Positions 31,801-38,168 of a stretch of DNA of 64,000 bases are shown here, piece after piece. Under the pieces are notes generated by a model. The model was not told the origin of the DNA, made no database searches, and saw only the letters and a list, made by a program, of their open reading frames with translations. A program made the translations under genes and the position numbers. This stretch comes from Bacteroidales bacterium (lineage in GTDB: Bacteria; Bacteroidota; Bacteroidia; Bacteroidales; F082): contig JAZUCH010000005.1 of assembly GCA_045639025.1 (NCBI GenBank), positions 2,806-66,805 on the forward strand, written 5' to 3'. Each line of letters begins with the position of its first letter. Position 1 is the stretch's first letter.

Positions 31801-34800
31801 CTGTTGCTTGGAGCAAGAGCAATAACTTCATCAATGCCATCCAAACCTAACTCAACAGCACAGTTGTTAAATGAATACTTTTCAAGATTATTTCTATCAA
31901 AGTCTGATGACACACCGATGTCATTAGTGTTATTCCAAACAACTGTATTATGGAACACACCTCCACTAATCATCTTATTTGTTGAAACATCCGCTGTTGT
32001 CTTATTACTTACAATATCACAGTTGATAAATTTATCATCATTAGTAAACTTATGGTTTACAACGGTAAAGCCTTCATTATCCGCGATTATAGTATTAATA
32101 TAGGTGTTTGCATATTGGACTCCGTTTACATTTGTCTTGAGAAGTGTAGCGCCTTTATTGCCTATAATCTCAGTATTCTTGACTGTAGTTGCAAAAATTT
32201 CAAAGATTGTAACTGAATTGTTTTCCATGTCAGGCATATCTTCAAATGTGCGGTTACCTTCTATATGACATTTATCCAACGTGCTGCCGTAAGTTTGTAT
32301 CTTACCTATATTATTCTTGAATGTTGAGTTTATAATATTGGAATTCACAGCATAGAGATAAGAACTCCTGGTATTATTTTTATCGCTTGTGACTGTGACT
32401 GCATTACTAATATTGATATTATCTGCAGTGGCACCTACTAATGCGAGATTGCTAGCCATCATCCAATTAGAATAAGCACCATCTAATGAAGCATCTGTAT
32501 CAATTCTGTTATTTTCAAATGTTATGTTCTTCAATGTTGTGTTTCCGAGGACTACAGCACCAGCACCAACAAGATGGTAGATTCCCATTCCACCATTAAG
32601 ATTACTTGCCTTACAATAAACCGAGTTATAACTATGGAAATCTTTTTGGTTAAGATAACCGTTTCTAATTACGAAACCGTCCCATGTCGTTGTCTCTCCA
32701 TCAGCGAAAGGCTCATCTTGGAATAAGACACGCTGTGTATTCTGTCCGTCAAGGATTGACTTGTTGTTTTCTAAATCTCTATCCTCAACACTTGTTTCTG
32801 TTCCTGCGAAACCGCCATATACATTGACATTCTCAACGATATTAAATGCATTGTTGCCAACTACACCATCACCATAATATGTTCCTGCTTCAACCCATAC
32901 TTCTGCTATAGGATCAAAGGTATTTGCCTGAGCGATAGCATATTGTAAATAAGGTGTCGCATTGCTCCATGAAGAACCGTCTTTCAATCCTGAACCTTCT
33001 GTACTTACATAGATGACTCCATCTGTTGGATTAAGACTCATTACAGAAGCTGCATCTGATGACATCGCTCCTATCGCCTTGCCGTCATCGGCATGACCGA
33101 AGAGTATTGAATTTGCCTTAAGACTCCAGTCGTATGTCTCTTGATTGAAGATGGTACCGAGGTCGGTGATAGGATTGACAAAACGAGGTGAGAAGATATC
33201 GCTATCATTAGCTTCTGTGATACGGATGTTGCCGATACCATTGTATAAAGCACCGTCAATGGCACAATAATCTACATTAGACAAATTATCTTTTGCTATG
33301 AAGTTATTGTCGAATGATGAGATTGCGTTGTTCCATAATACGCTGTTCTTAATATCTGAAGATTTTAATGCAATGATAACATTATTATATTGATAATAAT
33401 AATCCTCTGCATTGTCAAATTGTGATACTTCCCCTCCTGTAGAGAATGTCACCATATTATTCATCAAGTTTGAATTGCTGATGACACTATTGTCCTTAGC
33501 ATAGACTATAGCGAAGAAACCAGAAGTTCCGCCACTGATAGCATTATTGAATATCAATGAGTTTGTAATATTAGTTTCAATAGCTTCAATCATAGAATAC
33601 TTAGATGTATTCTTATAGATATGTGTCTTTTCAATATTACTTGCTGTTGCCTTGATGAGGTTACGGTTGGTGGTGTTGCCATAGACAAAACATGAGTCTA
33701 ATACAGCATTGTCAAGTTCTATAAGAGGAGAATAACCGCTAGTATTATTATCAACGAACTTACATCCTTTCACTGTTGAAGAAGCTTTTACCTTGAAGTT
33801 TTGGCCGCTTTGCAAATTGGTGATTGTACAGTTTTGCAATAAACCGCCATTGACTTCTGTCTTAACTGTAATCTCAGAATTTCTCAAGATGCAGTGATTA
33901 TTGATGACAGCATTATAACCATTGATGCAGAATCCGTCCCAGATAGCAGGATTTTCCGCTGTGGCTGGATTGTCTGTTGATTTGTCTAATACGTTGTAAC
34001 TTTTTGCTCCGTCGAGAATTGTCTTGTTGTTTTCTACATCGCGTTCTGAGAACAATGTCTCTGTTCCTGCGAAGCCGCCATATACTTCAACGCCTGAAAC
34101 CATTGGGAAGCGAGTGCTGCTATTATAACCTGAATAAGTTCCTGCAGCTACCCAGACTTGTCTGCTATCTACGCCGCTCTGAGCGAATGCAGCCATAACA
34201 GCGTCGTTGATATTATCCATAGCATTGTCCCATGAAGAACCGTCTTTGCTGCCGGCACCTGTTACTGTGACATATATCACAGAACTGCTTACTCTCACGT
34301 CCATAACGACCAAGCTATCGCATGAAGCATCTATAGCCCAACGTTTCTGATATTGTCCTGGTTCTGTGATGACAGAACCATAGAAGTTGATACTGCCGCC
34401 TTGTGCTAAAGTCTTGGAGATATGTCTGTATTTTACGCAATATCGTTCAAAAGCACCCATATCGATGGTTGTTCCGTTGATACGTTGCTTGCCGTTGAGG
34501 TCATACTCTGTGACATTGGCATTTTCATTATTACCGGCATCAACAGCGACTGAGTTGTCTTGAAGTTCGAAGATATTGTTTGCACCATCGAGGAAACGGA
34601 TGTAGTTAGCACCTCGAACATTGCCATCATTATCTAATTCAATGTTGATGTTGCCCTCTCCTTCCCAACCGCCTTGGATTGCAGAATAAGTGACATTGAC
34701 GCTGTTTCCTGTTCCAATTTGTGAGTATTCTCCGTTGTGAGTATTGCCCCAGATAATACTGTTGACCACTGTTGTACTATTCAAATATGCAGCAGGATAG

Positions 34801-37800
34801 ATTGCATTGTAATTATATTCTACACTGTTCTTTACGATGGTAGAGTTGACGATAACACCTGATGATGCTTCTACACCTGAATATAATCTCGCTTTGTTAT
34901 TGTTTACGAGACAGTTGACCATTGTAGATGCACCAAGATAGAGACCGCCGCCTTCACCTTTAGTTTCATTATTATAAATCTTGGTGTTTGTAATCTTTGC
35001 ATACGATATATAAGCACCGCCAGCATATGCAGAAGCGTAATTCTTATTATCTCTGATGACACTATTGTCTATCAATGAGTGGTTGTTCGCATCCACCATA
35101 ATACCTGCGGCATAACCATTTTCACTGACATTATCATAAATAATGAAGTTTCTCAAAGTGACATAATCCTGGATATATGCACCTGCCGCTTTGTAACTTT
35201 CCTCATCATAACCATTTCTTACAGTGAAACCATCCCATAATGCAGCTGTTGTTTCTGTGAAGTCTGACTCTTGATGTAAGACGCGTTTTGTATTATCACC
35301 ATCTAATATAGTTGCATTTGTGATAAAGTCTCTTTGTGAGAGGTCATAGTCGTGAGACTCATCGCCTGCGAAACCGCCATATACCTCAACTGCTGGTGCC
35401 AGTCTGAACGCATAGACTGAATTTGCATCGCTTTTATATGTTCCACCTTTAACCCAGACCTTTGATCCATAGATATTAGCAAGGTCGAGAGCTAACTGCA
35501 AGTCATCGGTTGCGTTAGTCCATGAAGAGCCGTCTTTGCTGCCAGCACCTGTTGTTGTTACATAAATAATATTATTATCTGAAGGAACTATATTAAGTGC
35601 AGGAACATGACTTGATTCGTATGCACCCAAATCCACTGCACCTTGTTGAACACGTTCGTTACCTATAATATCAGTTGCAGGCAAACTTACAATTGTCTTA
35701 GAACCTTTATTGATACAGATGGAGTTTTCTGTGAGTGTATAATCTCCGTTTTCAGGATCTGTGAAGCAAGGATAGAATCCATTGTCACCTGTGTTTTCTG
35801 AATTGAGATTTATGACACCTATTCCGTTATAACCTCCTTCAACAGCAGTATTTCTAATATCAAAATTATTATTATTATTATTGACATTTATTTCATCACT
35901 AGTGTTACCCCATAAAATACTGTTATAGATTCTTACCTCAGAACCACTTACATAGATACCAGCACTTGAAAAACTTGAACTGTTTATATTATTGACAACT
36001 GTATTATTAATAAATAAGGTGTTATCCGAAAGATATACCGCATAACCATTACTGCCACTTGATTTGTTATCTGTTATCAAACAGTTTATCACACTGACAT
36101 AACCAATAGCATAGATAGCAGAAGTGTATGTGGTAGATGTGTTGTTTCTAATGATACAGTTACGAAGTATTGTAAAATCACGGAGACTGACACCTGCGCC
36201 ACGATCTGTTGTGTAACCGTTTTGTATCACAAAACCATCTATTACAGAAGTCGTGTTTTGTGTAAAGTCATTTGCCTGATACAAGACACGTTTCTTGTTC
36301 TTACCATCGAGTATTGTCTGGTTAGCAGAGAGGTCTCTTTGTTCTAATGCTGTCTCTGTTCCTGCGAAACCGCCATATATCTCAACGCCTTCTGCTATAA
36401 TGATATAATGGTCGCCATCTTCTTCATTGCCGTATGTTCCTGCTTCAACCCAAACCTGAGGTTTATTATTATTTGCAGCAGCAACATTAATCGCCATCTG
36501 CAAATTGGAAACAGCGTTTTCCCATGAAGAACCGTCAGCTTCACCTCTTTCTTCCGTGGCAACATAAATGACATTGTTTGCTCCAGGAGTTATAGAAGAA
36601 CCTTTAAATGCAGATTCGTAAGCGCCTATATCTATCTTTCCGTTTTGGATACGGGCATTGCCTGCAAGGTCTTTCTCTGGAAGTGTAACCCCCAAGCCTT
36701 CTGTATTACCTTTATTGATGGCAGCAGATCCTTCCTGCAATGTCCAGTTGCCGCCTGAATATCCAGAGCCAGCACCTTCTGAAGGAGCGGTAAATTTAGG
36801 ATAACTAACTTCTGTAGAAGTTCCAGTGTTATCCGCAGATAATGTGATATTACCTGTACCATAACCGCCTTCAATGGCACTATAAGTTACATAAGTCAAT
36901 GTTGTAGGATGAATCTGATTTGATAAAGTTCCTTTCTTGTTACCCCATATTATACTATTGATGATAGTAGGATTACCTTGTCCATATATACCAGCACCAT
37001 TATAAATACTTGATGTACCTGTAAGATAATTGTTTACAATATTACAATTGACAATCTTACTATTTGAATTACTATATACACCACCTCCATTGTTAGATGA
37101 CGTATTATTGGCGATATTACATCCTATCATATCAACATAGGATTGCATAAATACACCTCCACCATTGTACCCTGAAGTATTATTTTCTATCCTACAATTT
37201 ACAACTATTGATAATTTTTTAGTATTAGTATATCCACTGACATAAATACCACCACCATTACCTTTACTGCTATTACGATAAATATTACAATCCTCTATTT
37301 TAGAAATATTATTTGTATTTGGTTTCACAATATACACACCACCACCTTGGGAATATGTTGAAGAACTACCATTAGTTTCATTATCATATATTTCGCAACC
37401 ACTAATGTAACCATCTTTCATATAAACACCAGCGCCAAATACATCACCACTACCAGTATTCTTAAGATGGTTCTCATAGACCTTACAGTTTTCTAATGTT
37501 CCGCCATTTACATAAATACCACCACCATACACATCTGTACTAGTTGCTAATGTTATACTGCCATTTCCTGTTATCTTACAGTTTCTCAATGTTCCGTAGG
37601 CATTGATGTATGCGCCTGCACCATTGAGCATTCCTCCTCCGTTCTTAATTGTGAAGCCGTCCCATACCGTTGCTGTCGCCTCGGTATATGCCTTCTCCTG
37701 ATACAAGACTCGCTGTGTGCCTTGTCCGTCCAATATTGTCACATTGGTCTCATAGTCTCTCTGTTCCAATGATGTCTCTGTTCCTGCAAAACCGCCATAA

Positions 37801-38096
37801 ACGTCAACGCCTTCTACCATAGTAAAAACATTGGCAGAAGTGCCGTCGCCTGTATATGTTCCTGCCGCAACCCAAATCTCAGGATAAGAGGCATGCTCTG
37901 CTATGATAGATGCCGCCATATTAAGGGCTACATTCAAATCGGTTACTGCATCATTCCATGATGTACCTTCATTAGAACCAGCCGCATCAGCATCGACATA
38001 AATCGTTGAGAGATTAGGCACACTCTGCGCCTTAAGATTTATAGTCGCTAATAAAATTAAACTTGTTGCTAACAGTAAAAGTCTTTTCATAAGCAT
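19830..38096 (-). CDS. 6088-aa secreted giant protein: ten tandem choice-of-anchor-Q-like right-handed beta-helix modules, then FN3-like and multiple CARDB-like domains; no recognisable T9SS CTD
   Basis: A single uninterrupted 18.27-kb ORF with signal peptide MLMKRLLLLATSLILLATINLKAQ. Ten module starts have the form (I/V)YV....G..DGSSW.NA...LQ.A......(I/V)WVA.GTY....(V/I)YGGF.G.E....RD...N.TILDG. Each module ends D(L/I).G..R...G..D(I/M)GA(Y/F)E. FN3 lies around 24890-25160 (DLSVPEDKLTFTTADVTWTSNG..YFVKVRAICNE). CARDB-like units run from about 24465 to the stop (PDLHITAMDCSYAQTGQPMTVEWTVRNDGHGPT, PDLIATNVIVPYEHFAGDSITISWQLINQGG ...). Confidence 0.85.
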   Translation of the reverse strand: MLMKRLLLLATSLILLATINLKAQSVPNLSTIYVDADAAGSNEGTSWNDAVTDLNVALNMAASIIAEHASYPEIWVAAGTYTGDGTSANVFTMVEGVDVYGGFAGTETSLEQRDYETNVTILDGQGTQRVLYQEKAYTEATATVWDGFTIKNGGGMLNGAGAYINAYGTLRNCKITGNGSITLATSTDVYGGGIYVNGGTLENCKVYENHLKNTGSGDVFGAGVYMKDGYISGCEIYDNETNGSSSTYSQGGGVYIVKPNTNNISKIEDCNIYRNSSKGNGGGIYVSGYTNTKKLSIVVNCRIENNTSGYNGGGVFMQSYVDMIGCNIANNTSSNNGGGVYSNSNSKIVNCNIVNNYLTGTSSIYNGAGIYGQGNPTIINSIIWGNKKGTLSNQIHPTTLTYVTYSAIEGGYGTGNITLSADNTGTSTEVSYPKFTAPSEGAGSGYSGGNWTLQEGSAAINKGNTEGLGVTLPEKDLAGNARIQNGKIDIGAYESAFKGSSITPGANNVIYVATEERGEADGSSWENAVSNLQMAINVAAANNNKPQVWVEAGTYGNEEDGDHYIIIAEGVEIYGGFAGTETALEQRDLSANQTILDGKNKKRVLYQANDFTQNTTSVIDGFVIQNGYTTDRGAGVSLRDFTILRNCIIRNNTSTTYTSAIYAIGYVSVINCLITDNKSSGSNGYAVYLSDNTLFINNTVVNNINSSSFSSAGIYVSGSEVRIYNSILWGNTSDEINVNNNNNNFDIRNTAVEGGYNGIGVINLNSENTGDNGFYPCFTDPENGDYTLTENSICINKGSKTIVSLPATDIIGNERVQQGAVDLGAYESSHVPALNIVPSDNNIIYVTTTGAGSKDGSSWTNATDDLQLALDLANIYGSKVWVKGGTYKSDANSVYAFRLAPAVEVYGGFAGDESHDYDLSQRDFITNATILDGDNTKRVLHQESDFTETTAALWDGFTVRNGYDEESYKAAGAYIQDYVTLRNFIIYDNVSENGYAAGIMVDANNHSLIDNSVIRDNKNYASAYAGGAYISYAKITNTKIYNNETKGEGGGLYLGASTMVNCLVNNNKARLYSGVEASSGVIVNSTIVKNSVEYNYNAIYPAAYLNSTTVVNSIIWGNTHNGEYSQIGTGNSVNVTYSAIQGGWEGEGNINIELDNDGNVRGANYIRFLDGANNIFELQDNSVAVDAGNNENANVTEYDLNGKQRINGTTIDMGAFERYCVKYRHISKTLAQGGSINFYGSVITEPGQYQKRWAIDASCDSLVVMDVRVSSSVIYVTVTGAGSKDGSSWDNAMDNINDAVMAAFAQSGVDSRQVWVAAGTYSGYNSSTRFPMVSGVEVYGGFAGTETLFSERDVENNKTILDGAKSYNVLDKSTDNPATAENPAIWDGFCINGYNAVINNHCILRNSEITVKTEVNGGLLQNCTITNLQSGQNFKVKASSTVKGCKFVDNNTSGYSPLIELDNAVLDSCFVYGNTTNRNLIKATASNIEKTHIYKNTSKYSMIEAIETNITNSLIFNNAISGGTSGFFAIVYAKDNSVISNSNLMNNMVTFSTGGEVSQFDNAEDYYYQYNNVIIALKSSDIKNSVLWNNAISSFDNNFIAKDNLSNVDYCAIDGALYNGIGNIRITEANDSDIFSPRFVNPITDLGTIFNQETYDWSLKANSILFGHADDGKAIGAMSSDAASVMSLNPTDGVIYVSTEGSGLKDGSSWSNATPYLQYAIAQANTFDPIAEVWVEAGTYYGDGVVGNNAFNIVENVNVYGGFAGTETSVEDRDLENNKSILDGQNTQRVLFQDEPFADGETTTWDGFVIRNGYLNQKDFHSYNSVYCKASNLNGGMGIYHLVGAGAVVLGNTTLKNITFENNRIDTDASLDGAYSNWMMASNLALVGATADNINISNAVTVTSDKNNTRSSYLYAVNSNIINSTFKNNIGKIQTYGSTLDKCHIEGNRTFEDMPDMENNSVTIFEIFATTVKNTEIIGNKGATLLKTNVNGVQYANTYINTIIADNEGFTVVNHKFTNDDKFINCDIVSNKTTADVSTNKMISGGVFHNTVVWNNTNDIGVSSDFDRNNLEKYSFNNCAVELGLDGIDEVIALAPSNSGTSQTYEYPNFISPEGNNYELGENSVLIDAGDNSVVTEEIDAYGKERVGDGTVDIGAIESSCVLKREYKVVTMMDEYPFYGEWLTEPGIYIHRKEAKHDCDSIIVMHLTFKHIVYVNAEAKGLNNGTSWENAYTELKTACDSIKDNGNLTEIWVAKGRYRGDGTSVNAFILKPNVRLYGGFTGTEFADYDITQRDITANETILDGGYIQRVICMEEDATEETPVIIDGFTITKGFSRQSVSKGTALFMKKHFYIRNCIITDNCTNSEYGPGPIWIDAADFDNCNARKSINTFENCNIHHNQGTPVIHSENTSFFNCNIDNNDGLGVEVQTYTMLDGCSISNNKRRAIKIMWAAESFKDEYGYERIAVSFQDVYNTIISNNAGAVYQEDPKIVGGWGDGRYYNTVISNNKVTRTIDGEEDGNGGAFRKIGGSISLYNCTVINNSAKVSGGAFYGKFDEIVNTIIYGNKVNGNSNNLSNYYYFFDDEMKITREWVGLSNLRYCAVEGGYPGEGNITINKDYTLSLDGTALTPNSVCINAGTDALYDLTEYDLKGKSRVRQGRVDIGAQESDYSREDIIVPDANNVIYVDVTAKGSKDGSSWNNATADVQTAINYAATMDPRPEIWMKKGVYTMSANEGWAMFTIVPGTKIYGGFAGDENSATFNKNDRDMFENKTVLDAKDYYRAIDHYSSTYDYEKSIIDGFTFKNGNAEPIYLERIPISITSFPDEYMGGAIRLKDNVTVTNCELYNNVAVKGGAIYADNNSSKMNVVISYSKFHDNYAHTEGGAIVMSRKYDGIATQCDSIVNCEISNNKSDRFAGLNINWTKVLNSTIVGNNTEMYAFDTLSSTNHNNKYYNCILWNNVSRNYSNQIEGYDNTYEYCGIHGGYTGTGNINLDKYNTGTEEGVNYVNFIDPEGRAYQLQSNSAVTDKGNNAYSVGEFDLAGKDRIYNDNVDMGAYEGGCIGYRHMKVIANEEYVFYGDILTESGHYSKQWTPEGSACDSLVTLDLEVRMIWFVTETGAGKKDGSSWNDAMSDIQEAINKASSFQSESKKQVWVAKGTYMGNGSSAQAFQIKPGVEIYGGFAGNELNGIEFEDRDLVTNETILSGAQSQRVLGNYNAYEDFNVNENAVIDGFTIQEGYTTKEGGGIYVKNFVKVRNCIIKNNQGSAGAGIYADNKCEITDCKIYGNTALSQGGGAFCKSSVLTYCEINNNLIDNLTGSAKHGGGIYGENATINNCLIANNSVLTESSYGGGMYIGNSSLPSQLLNCTMVNNFSYYLGGGVYSANSGSNNEFINCIMWGNKTDLNTQQVAVSASNVPIYVRYCAIQGGAAGIGTINLTAENGNDMFSPRFVNPTEKVGANYWGGDWRIKEGSICINMGERLEYMIEQDLDDEKRVKQDRIDIGAYETNGTNSFRIYPDGNNIIYVNANNTGSDMTGSSWDNAINDLQLALNFAADDDNHPKVWIAKGTYTGNGWPYVDAFIGLNGIDIYGGFVGNEAHDYDLTQRDLVNNATILDGQNIQRTLHQAHSTHFKYSLDPMHYAIYDGLTIRNGFVYCNYGGNVLMRKGELRNSIIENGAAIEGLWNSLGEQCGAAGIYADTKEVSVINSVIRNNKVTNAIGGGYYGPITFRNCLINNNGAVKDDRYGGVDAYAGAGTSAQDSKSPKTKHYNSTIVNNYAYDGVGGISNYELVENSIIWGNKIEGNITSNLNLDDVDVSYYNTQVNYSAVEGGCVGKGNIILNAANSGSDDINYPMFVNPTTAVGVGNYGAGDWRLQDGSVCVNRGSTISLVTDVDLDGNPRIINDSIDMGAYESNFEINHEIIPDANDIVYVTEKGAGTKDGSSWANATPYLQFAMDRIYQYERPIKFWIAKGTYKGNGVASNPAFIMPDNVSLYGGFVGNEAANFDLSLRDFDTNKTVFDGQNKQQILIRDLKDNKSGTRNRIDGIRFMNGRSVNKGAAARLSNVEVYNSGFLYNTNLSSPLSTNGGGALYIVNNVSVHDCAFRDNTTTASGGAILVANGINDTISYCYIGLNKADIRGGGIYGVQCKIYNSVIIQNSAKEGGGVFTYGKIVNSTVVNNVADGDAQGAYAGGIYASGEFPIYNSIVWGNRAGNYISNIRHSHYGPDFQYSACERDEFVPDPATNIILETENSGSNVALNYVSFERLEDGWYNLSETSDCIDKGNKDLTHYLDFDYDGNERVRGANIDMGACEHNPTSCKMISDLSVPEDKLTFTTADVTWTSNGTEAEWLVYFDRAGENSPTLMTVDTTYITIDSLSPNLEYFVKVRAICNEIEMSPYSNPVYFTTECNPDSVVWVNYFETDNLLPENDQALQANSKVLFSWDHIEGAESYELWLWRVDDGHGLAEPDFPVAYNITNNYHTIDLKASVYQGYGRYPRLLPYIPIEEQLPGYLEQTLEEDIAYYAWKVVAYRECAAIETDTMYFNTALPDLHITAMDCSYAQTGQPMTVEWTVRNDGHGPTPVGETWYDYIVLSYPIDWTTESFTQVPYESFIIDRVENLTALQVGESYTNTATITVPDDMYGAVFLFVLSNWNPNAGLGLNFAQYGGVFPNPYTPNLYGEGKPYGFMSGYNKKAGNASFEEINGVDNFFYKAIEVDIPPIPDLIATNVIVPYEHFAGDSITISWQLINQGGAAFENIPVTDNIYMSTKDVFDDDAIMLGAFRDTISIERNDTLTRTAKFITNEKDIDTFYFFVETDVRDQVYESLFEHNNISFCSEHPTVFMLVPPADLTIENIVISSDTLSPNEKFKISYTVKNIGYKNTNENSKWSEDTCAMLPPIYGKPWRDEIYISKESEFDNSAEELMTYNNNKILWTLGELEAIIDTIDVFVNCKFPEIIPSDTITVDSDEWNQYLQEKEIQDLKREALRHEKLELYKNSYTVEKEVLIPEEYEDGLYYIHILTDQGDNIFEYNKEDNNAISDTVRVVLPDLYVYGLTLDENRDTVRYIVKNIGQGQIIDGQMSNTVNYNNAQIFNNRIESINLNPNDSLIMKLPIHLECNFYTDNTLKVESRYVGNEKTFTNNNQTIDLQLFNPDFFADELVLISRNEITYTITNRGYVDFNDTVNIRYYLGLSPELNFITAEELLSKYEPMSLAIGETVTITEYVTMPQSAEGIYYLYVSVNDDENVCEGDNTYTNYIVSESFEVSLRPYSDLEILHVDMPESAMAGDTIVLPYTIGETQGVEFYNLRETIVTNRLYISSEPQFNINNAKYLCSNSMTYGDIIDFSHYGNGCKGYFEFVLPADITTAQYLYIVVDAEDVVYEHIGENNNIYQSPLLDVGLYDCDLEVRYLARLIGDIYWGDVVSYEYEVRNNGTKPTVKSYFNTIYLSEDNVLDGGDIKIRTFRANRLKAGESQIGVIDVTIPYGIGPDVYIIMVADDGNNNPDTNPSNNIACMGENVYSVPVPDLEISNVDIVTEYPAAGQPIRVAYTVTNIGDKVAASWIDKIFWSRNTYDNGILGGINYNDNLNLDPGQSYNDTIELIIPLPNTGNFALYIDVNASNGERMLFEVNYENNLGMHTVNVDHNPPGDIIVEAISHPYMVTSGDDMEIKYHLKNLGPNKLEGKGCNDVIYLSTDQTFSPDDILLGNIDHDLVLPNYSYEEYTFTADISGIPEGEYYIIIYGDARNSFYEVDENNNRGYSAYPFEVQVPELFFDTPITFKLKDLVHKDFKLNINGNINETVRIHVSSLDAEIGAVNNIYVKHNSIGSNMDYDFSTDGDMEGNSEVYIPTTRAGYYGISVMGNDPLDDEQMVTIEANILPFEIRSVESNTAGNTGKVTVKLIGSKFRYDMPVRLFMGNPADSTMYNIIEAEELYYINFNEVCVTFDMTGAEEGVYSIEAYNYCAGYTYLMNSFVVVPGLPENLSTNLIIPDGLRLNRYCILTLEYGNIGNTDIVNPKIRLCSLAGAWIGLERGEINVHRTELDIPIGMEGEPEGILRPGVRYTVPIYCFTNDGLGFVIYTNDEIYQFEQLKDEVE

Positions 38097-38168
38097 TTAT
38101 GTTTTGGCTATGAGCTACGGGCTATGAGTTGTGAGCAAAATAATGGTTCAATGCTCACCGCTCATGGC
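38097..38168 (-). promoter_or_regulatory. Intercistronic stem-loop built from heptamer stutter repeats, between the 729-aa and 6088-aa genes
   Basis: On the minus strand AUGAGCGGUGAGCA pairs with UGCUCACAACUCAU (12 of 14 positions) around a 13-nt loop. No U-run follows. The giant gene ATG lies about 35 nt downstream. Confidence 0.5.

Noticed and set aside
17047-37000. Many 60-170-aa ORFs on either strand inside the giant genes (e.g. 17061-17462, 25741-26187, 27186-27689, 28830-29270, 31804-32103)
   Set aside because: All are nested in long uninterrupted ORFs with coherent domain structure. Their translations are compositionally odd (Cys/Ile/Val/Thr-rich mirror images of the sense frame), and none has a nearby -7 box.
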